Shown in pieces: positions 29,243 to 43,309 of a stretch of DNA of 64,000 bases. Position 1 is the first letter of the stretch. Every line of letters starts with the position of its first letter. The translations under genes were made by a program, and so were the position numbers. The notes beneath the pieces are model-generated. The model did not search any database. It saw only the letters and a program-made list of their open reading frames with translations, and was not told where the DNA came from. The stretch lies in contig CM082593.2 in assembly GCA_040954595.2 (NCBI GenBank), positions 4,047,434-4,111,433 of the forward strand, read 5' to 3'. The DNA comes from Balanoglossus misakiensis. Lineage: Eukaryota; Animalia; Hemichordata.

Positions 29243-32200
29243 ATGGCGGATTTAATCTTCGCTGACCGGGTACAGATTTTTTGCCCAGACAGCGGGGTCA
29301 GGTTGCCAATATCGCGACTGTACTTCTGCAGATATTGTCTCAAACTGAAGTCTGGACAATGTGTGTCCCACGAGGTGAGTTTTGGTGAAAATGAAGCTAT
29401 TATTACAGTTAATTTGCTGAATCACTTTCGATGACCATCGTTCGGCCCCGCCCACCCGTTCTTCTTGCAAATTCCGACAGTCTAGTCTTGTCTGCAAACC
29501 TGTTTCAGAGGTTGGATTCAAAGGTCGCACTGCAGACATACATTGCTCAGAAAAACCGTAGAAACCAACGATATCAATTCCATCTTTATTGTTGATTCCT
29601 GAACATTCTGGTTAGCTTTCCAACGTTACTCAAAATGTTCCAGGACTGTGAACACACCACACTGATCTAAGCCATCCCTTGTTTGTTTATTTGTTTGTCT
29701 AGGTGGACTCACATTACTGTCCAAATTGTTTGGAAAACATGCCTTCAGCTGAGGCAAAGATCAAGAAAAATAGGTGAGTCATTTATATTTACATGTACAT
29801 GTATTATAATGTATTATAAGATGTCTACTGGTAGGAAAGTCTTCTGGTAGGAACAATGTAGAAATTTACCAAGTTACTAGCATTTGTACATTTTTAGATT
29901 TTGCTGTATACTGAAATGAATGCAGTATCCCCTCTGAACTGAAGTTAACATTAATGGCCGAAACCCTTTCATTTGGGAATACAACATGTATGTATGTCAT
30001 GGAGAAAATACTCATAATCATGTACCGTAATGTTGTAAGTTTGATCATCCAGACCACTAATATGGAACTTATATTTTGCTTTTCTGACTTTTGTCTATTG
30101 TAGATGTGGAAATTGTTTTGACTGTCCCAGTTGTAGACACACACTATCAACCAGAGCGACCAGCATTGCCATACCTAACCCAAATGATCCTGCTAAACCA
30201 ACAACCAAGAAAGCTTACTACTTAGCGTGCGGATTTTGTAGATGGACATCCCGGGATATAGGAATGCCAGATAAACATGTTGGTAAGACATTACATTAAT
30301 TACCGGTACATTGGATCAATTTGTGTTTTGTGTTGCAAGTGGTTTGGACAATTTCTTTTTTCTATTATACTGAATAACTATTTACACAAATTAAACTTTT
30401 TTCTCATTATAGCTAGTGGTGCATGGCAAGTGCCAGATAATCCCTACACTGAGAGGGTGAGTAGTCATTACTGTAGTCATTCATCCTTCTGTTAACTGAA
30501 TCTAGGGTTGAGCCTACCTTGTAGAAACCCCCGTCCAAATGTATGGTCATATGGGCTTAGAGGGCACACTGCACTGTATCTTACGTGTACTGGTAGGTGT
30601 CGTGTGTATTCGTTTGCATAGCAGCTGGCTGTGATCATGGCACAGACGTGAAAGACTTGAGCTCAATCATCAACGTCATTTTTGCCGTGTCCTTGTAACC
30701 GTGTCTGTGGACTTCAATGTGTCATTGATCAGCAGCGGTTCATCAAGGTGGGAGTGGGCAGTGATAAGTGGGTGCCAGTTCGTTCAACCGTGTTCCGCCT
30801 TCAACGATCTGTCAACACCAATGTCAAGTACCTCCGTGATCTGGCTCCTTTTTGTGACTGCACTGATCAGTGACGATTGTGCTTTCTTGTGGAACAAAAG
30901 ATTTTCCATCTTAACCCTTTCGTGACAACAGAACAGGCCAGGAAGTGTTGCCATCTGTCAAAGTGTCTATTTTCCTTATATGGATTTTCCCTTCCTACAA
31001 CTTAAGCAATTATCTCATCATTCAGTTTCAACCAAATATGACTTTTATCTGAGAAATTTTGAATTTCTGCTTGCAACATGTTGTTTTATGCATTAAAATC
31101 ATAGTACTATTAAAACCATAAGAATTTTCATGGAAAATAGTGCAGTTGTGTGTGATGAAAATAAAAGATACTAAGTTTTTAGTAAGATGCCCACTTGTCA
31201 CTATCCAGCCATCGATTATTGTGTCATTTCTGTCTCATGCTTAATGTACATGTAACCTCACGCTCATGTCTTCATCTTGTGACAAATGCTGTCTCAGAGA
31301 TTGGAGGTATGTGTGCTCCAGCCATCATGTCAAACATCTAATGCAATCTATAGCATGATCTATATTTGTATACCCCAGTATAAACCATGCAATAGACTAG
31401 GTAGATAGTTCCGGTACATTTGCTCTCATGAGAAACAAAATGCACCACCAAACAGTAAATTCGAGACTAATACATGCCCTTTAACCATATATGGGCATAT
31501 GTAAATTAAGGGTGATTGTATTCCTTTAATATTGACAGATACTTTCAGCTACGTAACTGCATAGTACATGTACATGTATAAGTGTTGTTGTAACTAGAAA
31601 TATATGCATGTTTTATTGACATTCTAATGAGTAATAGTATACTTGAGTGAGTTAGTAATCATAACTACGTGTAATTAAATCAGGCATTGGATATGACACT
31701 GCTGGCAGTTCTATTGAAATGTTGATCATACATTTGATGTCCTTCCTTGCATGGGACGTGTTGAGTAGCTGTATTCAACGCATGATTATGGCTGTTGAGT
31801 TCTATAGATAGACTAATTGCTTGCACTTTCAAATGAGAATTTTAGCTGTTCATTTGTAGTCATTAAAACCATTTGGTGATTTCCCGTCACGACAATGAAG
31901 TGCCAACATATCTATTTTCTGCCTCTACCATGGTGGTTTGCACTTTTTTGTCTTCAGAATCAGAAAACAGACAAATTAGTACACACATGCACTAGGTATA
32001 ACAAGGTTTCAGCATTTCCTGTATCTGGCTGTGTTCAAAAGCACAAACTCTGAGACTGAGACTCACCAAGGCTATTACTACATGTGCTACAATGTACACT
32101 TATAATTAGGAGTTCTACTTTTGAGCTCACTGACCTTCTAGAGAGATTATCTTCTGCAAATTGTGGACATACACTGTATATCCATCCATGATGTCATGAT

Positions 32201-35200
32201 ATAAATCAATGGAGTTCACATTGCACGTTTTTGCAATTGTAATGATTGGTAGACAGTAAACAGTTGTTGACAGGATGGTAGAACCATTGATGATACAATG
32301 TAGAACCATAGGTTATGAATTTAGCATTTTAAGTGTTTAGCTTGGGTTTACTCGGAATACAATCTCTGCACGGCCATAGTGCTTGTACATGTAGTCTAAT
32401 TCAGTCTATGTTAGATCAGTAGCTGAATTACTCGTATAGAATTTTGTACATGTGATGTGTTGTATCGTGTGTGTGTTGTCATAATAGTGTACACATGCAT
32501 CGTCTAACATGTAACTTCCTGATTGATTGATTTCCTCTTTGTTTGTTTGCTTGTTTATTTGTTTGTTTGACAACCCAGTTTCTAGCATATTTTATCATCA
32601 CTTGTCTTAGATTGTCTGCAACCCTCAGTCATTTTCTCCTACTATTCTACACCCTCAGTTGAACGAGTTGCTGGATTATTACAAGCAGCTGGCGCAAAAA
32701 GAGAAACAAGAGAGAGAACGGAAACGGTATTCGAGACGACGAAGTTACTTCCATTTGCAGGTATCATATTCATACTTGACTCTGTCTACTAAAAAGACTG
32801 TTATTCGTCGAAATTAATCGGGAGTTGTCATTTACATAGTCAGCAAGGGAAGACTTACTTTGATTGTGTCAGTATTTCTCAGGCGTAATTCATCAAGTTT
32901 TCCATGAGATGATCTTTGTGGGCTGAGTGTTCTAAATAAGCAGATTAGATTATTTTGTAATTGTCTACACTAATTTATGTAAGTGTAAACTCACCCAGTT
33001 TTTCTGTATTTTATTCACCAGGAGAAATATTTAAGTCCCGTGTCCACAAGAAGACGAAGTGGAGCTCTGCTGAGTGCATTGTCAAATTTAAGGTGTGAAG
33101 CATTCAGGGTTTTCAGTTATTGCAAATCTGATGATTGAGACAAGGAGGGGATCTTGTTAAGCCACGATTAGAACATGTCTCTCCTTTCTCATGTCTGCAG
33201 TTTGTGTGTCCAATTACTGACGTTATTATTATTTTTTAATAGTGTGAAGGAGAGTGAACAAAATCAGAACATCACCGTCAAAGGAAGTGAATCGACGGAA
33301 GACGTTGAGAAGCTGCCTCCGGAAATCTACTCTGAGCCTCTCAAATTAGCATCAGGTTAGTTCTTAAAAAAAAGATTGTGAATTTTGGAGGGCCACTCAT
33401 GTCAGACGTGTCATTTTGTAATTAGCTGATCATGTTACTGCGCTTATACTGATATTGTTATATTCAAACCATTTATGGCGTTTTTATAAATCCTTGTTTT
33501 GTTTTTGTTTTTTAGTGTGCTCCATTACGCAGAGACTGTCCCAGCCAGAATACCAACCTCACTACATCAAACAGCTGTATCCAATGCATAAACATCTGCT
33601 CATAAAACGCTCTCAAAGATGCAGGGTAGGTATTCACTATCCTGTATATTGTAATAAATATAAAATGTGATAGATAAAAAAGACTTATGGTACCTGTAGC
33701 CTTCTTTTTCTTGGTGATTGAATTGTATTATCCTGTAATATTCTTGAATGGTGATTTCTCTTCTTAGGAATGCGAGCATAATCTAAGTAAACCTGAATTC
33801 AATCCATCGTCTATCAAGTTCAAGATACAGCTGGTTGCTCTGTAAGTTTTCAGCCGAATACCGGCATTTTTGCTTTGTTGACCAGTTTTTTTTATAGCAC
33901 AGCACTATCCCGCTGGATTTTTTTCTTACTTTTACAAGCTGAATAGATCGTATCGAATATGACACGATAACAACCACTGATAAGTTCTAATTATCGGCCG
34001 AATGTAAAATTTATCCTCTAGACGTCAAACATGATCACTTTGTCCTCATGGAAATATTTCCTTTTTTTTTTTTGCATTTGATTTTCAGACAACACGTGCC
34101 AGAGTTGCGGATCTTCTCCATTCCAAACTTGCATTTTGAGCAGGAGAGTCAGGTGACATTGATGGCCATCAATCCGGTGGAAAAAAATACGAACATCGTA
34201 TTGGAAGCGGTGCAGCCAAGTGACGAGAATGGAGCCACTGCCATAGTATGTTTGTGTATGAGTTTCTGTCGAAAACGGTGATAATTAGAGGCCTGCGTTC
34301 AGCTTATGGGACTTCCAAATGACAACCTAGTTAACCAGGGTGCAAGGACTTAAAATTATCCCATATAGCAAAAACACTTGTCGTTGCTATGCATCGCTAT
34401 TAGTAATATCATGTCATAAAAATAGCATGTAAACTTAATCCATTATGTCTGTTTGCAATCTCTTCAAATATATTGATATTTGGAAGCATTTGTTGTTAGC
34501 CAGGGACATGCAACTCTAGGTCATTGACTTCTTCATTCAAAGTTCATGTATTCTAGGTTATTGACTCGCTGAACGGTACACCTGAATTAAAGCCCCAATG
34601 GTTGGGCAAGTAATTTGTGACATGGTTTTTGCTGAGATTGTACAATAACTTCGGAACCAATTACAATTCATATCCTCATTTTCTTCACAGGTGGAAATAC
34701 CGGAAAGTAATCTCATCTTGGCTGCCAAAGATGCTACGGCTGAATATGATGATAGTTATGATCTGCCAGACTTCAAAGATGACCCAAGGTACATGACTGC
34801 ACTTGGAATATGTATGATCATACCACAAAGAAAAAATGTATACATTGGGACAAAATCATGGATAATGGAAGTTGTAACCCACTCACCCCAGTGAAATTTT
34901 TCAGCTGCAGTTTGTTGCAGTGTTGTCCAAGGAAAACACTACCTGTATTTTTTCATTAAAACAGCAATATTTTTTTTCTGTTGATTGCAGCGTAATCAAC
35001 TTCCGCAAAGCCAATAAACTCGGTTTCTTCGTCAAAGTGACACCCCAGAAGGCTGTTGGTGATGTTATTGTAAGTCTGATTTCATTCTTCATTATTGTTT
35101 AGTTTTCGCTTATTTTCATGATCGCTAGCAAAGTCAAGCTTTGCATCAAACTAGAAAAGGTGCAGAGTTTAACAGTAGTGTAACTTTTATACGTTTAACA

Positions 35201-36646
35201 TGATTGACCCTGTGTTTTTGTCCTGTGTCACATGAGAATGTCCTCAAATATAAACTGCCTGGGAATGGCTACTAGTGTGTGTATAGCGGTGTGAAAGGGA
35301 GAGTTCATTTTTTGAGAGAACAGTATCCAGACAGTAAGACAAGGCAAACTAGCCAGTTGTTTTTTCAGTCACTACTGGCGTTTATCTACAAGCCTAAGTA
35401 TGCTAGCCACCAGTGTGTCGCAAACAAAAGCCAATGTACCAAATAACTTTTCCCACATATGCATGTACAAATGTCACCAAAATGTAAGGAACTGTCCTTC
35501 ACCTGGAAGGAAACCCCCAACTAGGCAGACTCTTTTGCAGTTTCCATGTCGTATTTTCTAACAGTTCGTTCAACTCTCCACTGTCACGACTCAAACTTGC
35601 GTGACCACTCCAGTCCCTCTTCTCCGCCATTGCAAATTAGACCATTGTGTCAAACATCAGAATTGACGAAGAACGGCAAAAAAAACACGTTGCCATGACA
35701 GTACACTCATCTTTGGCGTTGACGCTGACCTCGCTCATCAACACCGCTTTCAATAAAACAGCAGACATCGTTTAAAGGGGAATGTAAAAAGCCCTTGTCC
35801 TTTACGACTAGTGCTTTGTGCTGGACTTGATTGACTCATTAGATGATAGTCGCAGACCCTTGACATTTCGGACAGAGACGTCTCTACAGAGACACAGCTC
35901 TCTCCCGTCTCAGACCGACTTCAAGAGGCGGAAGATGTCATGCCCAAATCACTCCAATTGAGACTTCGCCAAACATAACACAGTTGTGAGAGTCTAATGT
36001 TAAGAACTCTTAGAACCTGATGAATCATCGCAAAACATCAGCGCTCACAAACTCAGCGTTAGAAAGCGAACAGATGCAGCAGAGCACGGGAGATTTCACA
36101 TCTCAAGTATATCTCAGAGCGCTATCGTACGGTGATCAATACCGATAATAACCTTGTGTTCTAATCAAGAAGTGGAGAGCTCGACCAGGAAATTAAAATG
36201 ATATTGACTTTTACTCAGGTACTCAACATTGTAATTCTAAAAATATCTTAGAACAAATCCGTATCTACTAGTATATCCAGCTTGCAGAAATCTGTCCTGT
36301 TTCATTTTTTTGCTTCTTGTGTATATTATCAGCCAATGCTGGTGCATGTATTTGTCAGATTGACAATTCCCAGATCTGTAGGTTGGTTTGAAATCACAAC
36401 TTTGCAATGACATCTTCGATCGTATTGCCCAATCTGAAATTGACATTACATCTGTAATAAATCTTAACTCGAGAACTTCTTCATTTCTTTCTTTTATCCT
36501 TTTAGATTACACTGAAAGTGAAGTATGATTATCGCGACATGGCCGCTCAGTTCCGCAGATCAGAAGAAGAGAAAGAGCACGAGAAAGAACCACCAATAGT
36601 ATGGCTCGATTATGAATGCAACATTAACTTAGGACAACCAGTCTAA
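29243..36646 (+). CDS. DCTN4: Dynactin subunit 4 (p62), 13 coding exons
   Basis: Exons 29243-29374, 29703-29773, 30104-30282, 30413-30456, 32659-32760, 33022-33092, 33243-33355, 33516-33625, 33768-33841, 34089-34245, 34691-34788, 34991-35069, 36506-36646. Peptides [100 protein letters not shown]. Confidence 0.96.
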
Positions 36647-39054
36647 AGCGCGTTTCCTCGCGACAGTAGTTTGCTTAAATTATGAATGGGATCTTATTAT
36701 TGGGACGGGTACTCTAGATTTCTGTACTTGATGTATTGTTATCTGTGAAAGCGTAAAAACCATGCACGCAACAAACTCTTATTTCTGTATATTCATTATT
36801 GTATTATGTTATTCAATCACACTTGCGATTCAAAGTAATTAAATGGCTTTCAGAATCTGCCTGGATGCATGACTACAGAGCCTGTCTTTTGTACACCAGT
36901 CTTTGTGGAGTGACCGTGATTTGGAGAAGTGTGGTTATCTCCGTGTATGACGTCGTGTTCACACTTACTCATCAGATGTCCTCGTTGGACTTAATCAAAT
37001 TTTCATACCTCTACCACCACCACCAAAACAACTCATCACAATCAGTTGTGAAGGAACTGTTTAATGACCAATGCAAGCAAGTGCCTTGACGATCGATCAA
37101 TGGAAGGCAATGAGCGGGCAGTTCATAGTACGTGTAAACCGAGAGTCGGCAGTTAAAAATTGGCCAGTTACGATCAATCCACACAATGACGGTGTGCATG
37201 ATTATAGGAAGACGCATTACGTGATTCAAATGGAAATATTTTTGGTGTATTTTACAGAAATTCTGTCTCAAGAATGATTCTACCTGAGGTCAGAATTCTT
37301 AGATGTGACTAGTTTTTATGCAGTGTTGCTCTAGTGGCAATATCAGCACGCTTGCAAGGAATTCAAGTCAGAATATACTAGTGGTCACTGGATAATAAGG
37401 AAATTGAGTAAAATTGGACGTATCGTTCACACCTCCAGAAATCATGTGATGTGTATAATACGAGACAAGGGCTTCCTTTCATGCAGCAAAAGGCCTAGCT
37501 GTGTACTGGAGGACTCTTCCTATTATACAAATGTACAAGTGTTTACTGATGTGTTGACGGATGTGAGGTGACATAGCTGACTTTGTTTCGTTTGTGGAGC
37601 AGACAATGCAAGTCCTACTACTCATATTTCCATATCAATGGCCATGGTGCACTTGACGTCAAACCTACCTGTTGACTCAATATGCAAATGTACTCTACCT
37701 TTCTTGAAGTTTAATTAAAATGTCAAATGATTGTGCGTTCAGAAAAAAGCAGCACATTTTTCCAGTCGCACATGTTTTTTTATATTTAAAAATGCCCATG
37801 AAGGGAAGTTGGGAAAATTTAATTTTAAAGTCGATGTCATGAAAAATAAACAGTTTGGCAAATACATGTACACGCAGGGCATTTTGGAACTATTTGCGTT
37901 CTCGTTGCTACGTGCTTTGATTGCTATCCGGAAACGTTCCATACGTAAACACGTCGGCACGTGACCCCAACCCAACCCATCTTTCAGTGCGTTGATTGTA
38001 GTGGCAAGGTCGATCTTTTCTGTTCAAATCTGACTTGGAACAAGTGACCGACAGACGACCATTCAATATTTGGTTGAGAAAGCAAATTTTTAACTGTAAG
38101 ACTAAAGAGAACGTAATTCCATCCGGTTGTGGCGTTGTCGTTGTCGAAAAAGAAGTTCGACTGGAGAACAAATGACGTCATTGTGAATAACAATCCGCGA
38201 GGGGATGCGGTCCGCACAACATGTGATTTGCCCCGGCCATTCTCGCGAAGCAGAGCCATCTATTTTAGCCCCTCTTCTGTCAACGATGACAGTGTTGACG
38301 TAAAAAGACCGTTGTTTACGACGATAGATTTGCCCTACTTGTTACTTTGCTTTGAAATGGTATCGAGAAGTTCCTATCGCTGACGTATAGTGACATTTGC
38401 TAATTTCCTATTTTTGTCAAGAAATAGGAAACGTACTTTAGGAACTGATTTGCCTTGCAAAGTTTCAGTTATGTGCACGTGGTCAACTTTTAAAATGTTA
38501 CCACAGTTATCATGGAAAGTGGAAGTCTTGGCAATTACAGCTGATTTCTACTCAATGCATGGCCGCACGAAAAGCAGGCAGTGCAGTTATGACAAATGCC
38601 AAAAAAATGTGGATGGATCTTGTGGTGTCCAGTTGATGTGTTCACTGCTTGCTATCTTCTCTATAAATTACCATGTTCTAGTTTAAAACTTCACAAAACG
38701 TACCGAGGAACGAAAGTCCCGGAGTGTACTCACAGTTTGCAAAAGTGGTCCATGTGCCATTTAAAGACTGTTCTTTCAAATCCGGGAGAAATTGATTATT
38801 TCATTCAAGAGAATTAGATTATTAATTAGGTGGTGTTCTTCTCTTCCTCGCGTATAGATTACTGCAAACGCCCAATCTCTTCTCTGACGCAACCTAACGT
38901 CACGCTCGTCGACTCGGCAACCGAGATGCTAGCGTCTGCAAGAATTGCTCCATGAACCCTTGACCCCCGCATTGCCTGAATCATATATATACGAAAGTCC
39001 CTACCGGTGCATCGTCCGTCAGTGTCGTCCGTCTGTACTGCCAACGCCAACTCC

Positions 39055-41925
39055 ATGGATTATCCGATACTTGCAGTCACAGCTGTGTACGAACGGGTCA
39101 GCCCGGTAGAGCAGGATGAACAACCGACTGCATCTGTCGGCAGCTTTTTACCTGGCGCTGCACAAAATTATTCCACGTTCGGTGATCGCCTCGAGCCATT
39201 GCATTACACACTGTACAGCGCTATTGGTAGTTACCTGGTAGTGATCGGTAAGTGTATGGCTCTCTGCATCTATGAACAGGGATACTAGTTGAATAATTGC
39301 TTTTCTCCAGCTCTGTCAGCCACGTTGTATCTGCATCATTTTCAGCGACACATAGCAGACAGTCTTCAAGTTATCAAACCTCCCGTTTTATTTCTCTAAA
39401 CCACAGACTGTGTCTAAACAAATCTCCATCGACTTTGCGCCATGTCAATAAAAAAAAATTATGGACATCCATTACGCAACCCAGACAAATGTTTGATCAC
39501 TTGAGTCTGTCTACAAACCGTAGGTCGTTCTGCTGTAATAATTTTACACGTTACGTTGTTATTGGGTGTGATTTAGTTTTGCTGGATCATGCACCGACCG
39601 GGAAAAAGAAAAACATATATAAACGACCGGAGTTTTTTCTTTTACCTAAGTATGCGCTTTTAGGTCAGGTTGCTACAAGCACGATAACGTCCATTGCCAT
39701 CCTAACTTCGCGTCGATTTTGGATAGCTAATTCTCGCAGAGTAGTCCAGGGCTAAATTTTAAACAGTGTGAAATGTGTTTTTGTGTGTGTTTTTATACAG
39801 GATACATGTAGGTCTATAAGGTTAATTTATTGACAACGTGATACTGTTTCAAAGAATTACACTTTTCATCGCTTGCATTTTTTTCGACAGATCTATATTT
39901 CAGAGGGGCTTGTGATGGGGAGCAAAGATAAAACAATAATTGTCCTATTATTGTAAAAATGTGAAAATATTGACTCGCTGGACAAACCGGAGATAAAACT
40001 CCCGCGGCAGAACAAGTAATGAACATAGAACTATAATCATACAAACCTTTTTCTTTGCTAAGACGTAGCACTTGTAAAATGTGATATTGCATCACGCGAG
40101 CCCTAAAATCTTTTCTGTCACTATATCCAGGGTTGCTGTTACATTTTACACATTGCGTCTCTGGCATTTTTCCTTGAAAACTTTCTGTACGTAAATTAAA
40201 TTAAGACTGCTTGACAGAAATTGCAAACTTAGTATACAGTAAGGTTTAATATGAAACTAATTTTCTTTTGTGTAAATATCTTTATACACGTTTCAATGTC
40301 ATTTTTGGATCTTCATTTAATTTAACTTTTGAGATATCGTTGGAGCTAGGTCGTTATGTTAGTAATAACATACTGGTCTCCATGGAAACGTCATCTACGT
40401 AGGATTGTCTAAAAAAATCAATTACTAGGCCAAAATACCAAAGAAACTGTTGTTCGCTTCCTTCACCGTAACTTCAGGAAATAAGCTTCAGTATTGAATC
40501 CTTGCCTCGAAGATGCTTAAGTAACATTTACATGTAACAGTTTCTATGACCCTCGGGCCGACAGGGAAAAATGCTAATTTGTATTTTACCCTACTTCTTC
40601 ACAGGGTTTGTTGGTATAGTCGGAAACTGCGTTGTGGTTTTTGTACTTTCATCTGGCAACCATCTGCGCAAAGCCTTCAATGTACTCCTGATGAATCTTG
40701 CCCTGAGCGACCTCAGTATTAATCTGTTCAGCCTCCCGTTGACGGCGTCGTCGTCGTTCGCCGGACAGTGGCTCTTCGGCGACTTGGGGTGCAGGATATA
40801 TGGCACTTTGATGTTTCTCTTTTCCATCAGCAGCATCAACACACTGGCCATGATATCGTTCATTCGACTGGTCGCCATCAGTCAGCCTCAGTGGGGTAAG
40901 TTTGAAAATGAAAATAAGATATTCCACATTTTTAAAACATTTTTACACTGTACTGTCTTATAGTGTCATTTGGGCTGACTTCTACGCTGCAATTCATGAC
41001 CAAGATCGTCCATTTTAATTCTGTTTCAGGTTCAAAAGTAGAAAACAAACGGTTCATCGTCATAGCAATTGTGTGTTCCTGGTTTTATTCAATATTTTGG
41101 GCCAGTGCGCCTCTGCTTGGCTGGAGTGCCTACGTGTTGGAGCCTTACAGCACCGCTTGCAGCATTGACTGGCACTTACGAAGCGTCTCCTCCGTCTCCT
41201 ACAACGTTTCCATCTTTGTCACCTGTTTTGGGATTCAACTGCTCTTCATCGTTCGCTGCTACTGGTTGATATGGCGACGGGGGTTGAGGGCGCTGAACAG
41301 ACGCCGCAGCAACTGGAAATGTAGCAGAACCGGGAGACGAATTGGTAGTACACAGAAACGACTTTTGAAGGTAAAACACGATGACGTTTATCTCACTTGT
41401 CATGGCGTCATCAACGGTTGACAAGAAAGATGTGTATTGAAGTCTACTCGTTTGACATAACAAGTCAGTAATGCTCTCTCTCATTCAAAATGTTGCACTG
41501 TGACGCCAAATGGCGAAGTAAACTATGTCCTTGCGTGTAATTTAATTTCTCCGTGTTAAAAGCAATGTTCATGACAAAGTAAACCGCATTTTATACAATG
41601 GATATATGTTTTCCTTTTCCAGATGTGCACTATCGTGGTGGTGCTATACTTTGTCGCCTGGGTGCCGTACGCAGTCTACTCGATGTGGACAGTGTATTTG
41701 GGCCGAAATCCGAACGTAGCTGCATCTGTCATACCTTCGCTCCTGGCAAAGTCGTCGACCGTCTACAACCCCATTGTTTACGTGCTTATGCACAAGAAAA
41801 TTAAGAGAAACACGACAATGTTGGCGCGTGGCATATGTTGTGGTTACAGTGATGTCCCCGCGAAAAGAGTAAGACACGAATCTAGTCGATCGCGAGGTAG
41901 TGCGAGATCCACGTCGGACGTGTAA
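39055..41925 (+). CDS. Opsin, group 4 / tetraopsin (neuropsin OPN5-, peropsin- or Go-opsin-like), 4 coding exons
   Basis: Exons 39055-39247, 40605-40895, 41030-41370, 41623-41925. 7TM motifs GN, NLALSD, WLFGDLGCRIYG, APLLGW, EPYSTACSIDW, WVPY and LAKSSTVYNPIVY with the retinal-binding Lys (K296 equivalent). Y at 113 and E at 181 equivalents; intron positions resemble OPN5/RRH as recalled. Confidence 0.93.
40376..40389. promoter_or_regulatory. RFX X-box consensus match in opsin intron 1
   Basis: GTCTCCATGGAAAC fits GTHNYY-AT-RRNAAC exactly; function untested. Confidence 0.4.
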
Positions 41926-42003
41926 TGTTAAGTTGCGTGTCACCTGCATGGTTTATTCTAGCGATTTACTCAGAAAAGGGTAGCATTCCCCGAAATATTC
42001 GTC

Positions 42004-42061
42004 TAGAATCCAGTTTTCGCTCTGCTCCACACAGGGAGCATAGAGAAAACCTTCATGACTA
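42004..42061. mobile_element. Degenerate short hairpin / MITE-like relic with TAG..CTA ends in the opsin 3' region
   Basis: gttttcgctctgctcc pairs imperfectly with ggagcatagagaaaac; no clear TSD. Confidence 0.4.
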
Positions 42062-42744
42062 GCTCGATCTGTCTGTATGTCTGTCTGACAGTGTCTGATA
42101 ATATTGTCAGCGTAGTATTAATCGTAGTATTAAAAATGTCTAAGAAAAATGAAAGTTGAGTTGCAGATTATAGACCCTTTACTGTCCATTTAGATGTTTA
42201 GTTGGACGTTGCTACTTTCCTGAGACTATACCGCATTTTAACATTTTACCCACATCATCGAAACGGCAATGTCTCAAAAAGAATGATTTGAATATTGGTG
42301 TCTCAATACCTTCACTATTTCAGTATTTACATGACACGCAGTTTGTTTACTGTCCGGATATATTTGCAAAATATATATTTATTATAGGCAAATATCTTTT
42401 TCATAGACGATTGACATCGTTCATTGTTGTCAAGACAGTAAAGTATCGTCTTGTAGTTTGCATTCGCTTTGAAATAGTATTGACATGCAGTTTGTTTACT
42501 GCCCAGGTGTATGTGTTAAATAAATATTTATTGTTGGCTAATATCTAGTCCATAACATGTTTTACGTATAATTGACATTGTTAATTATTGTCAAGACAAT
42601 TATCTACTTCTTGTGTCTTGTATTGGCTTTGAAAGTATTCCTCTCCAGAATCAAATTAAAGTGTATTCTTCGCTTGTTACGTGATCATTCTTGTCTCGTC
42701 TCATTGAATTCACTTCAGTCAGAGGAAACAACACAAACAAGCAC

Positions 42745-42795
42745 ACACTCACTCACTCACTCACTCACTCGCTCGCTCGCTCACTCACTCACTCA
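42745..42795. repeat. (CACT/CGCT)n tetranucleotide microsatellite
   Basis: cactcactcact...cgctcgctcgctcactcactca. Confidence 0.9.
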
Positions 42796-43309
42796 TTTTC
42801 ACAGTGGAACGTATTTTAGCCTAAATTGTCAAAGCTGTACCACCGTAACGACCCACAAAGATAAAAACAAAAGAATTGTTTACTGTTAACAGTGTTGTCG
42901 CTGCTGTCAATGTCGCAAAACACGTCTTACGTCATTTCACATACCCTTTAGCGATAATATAGACTTACCCTTTAGCGACAAGTGTTGTAACTTTCGACGA
43001 AAGAACGTCAACGCTGCAACAGACACTGGTTTTCTTGGTGTATAAGGCGTAATTAAACTAAACAAGAGGTAAGTAAGGAATCATGTTGATGCTCTGTACA
43101 GTATATAATACCATATTTATGTAAATCCAGTCTTGGTGGTTTTGTTTGCACTATTCCAGTTAAAATTGCACCCGGAAGCAGGTTATGCAACTTCAAATCG
43201 ATTTGCACCACTCATCACTGGGCTTTCATACATGGTAAAGCCCGCGATTCAACCCCATCTCATGACGCCAACTTACATGTATCGTATGTTTTGAACACTT
43301 TCAGGCACA

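Noticed and set aside
30620-30960. GC-richer stretch in DCTN4 intron 4 suggesting a nested gene
   Set aside because: Frames examined are short or interrupted and no recognisable protein emerged.
35520-36200. Coding-looking stretch in the last DCTN4 intron
   Set aside because: No ORF of 60 aa or more and no recognisable TE or protein motif.
39297-40167. 152-aa and 117-aa ORFs inside opsin intron 1
   Set aside because: Random-like composition and no recognisable motifs.
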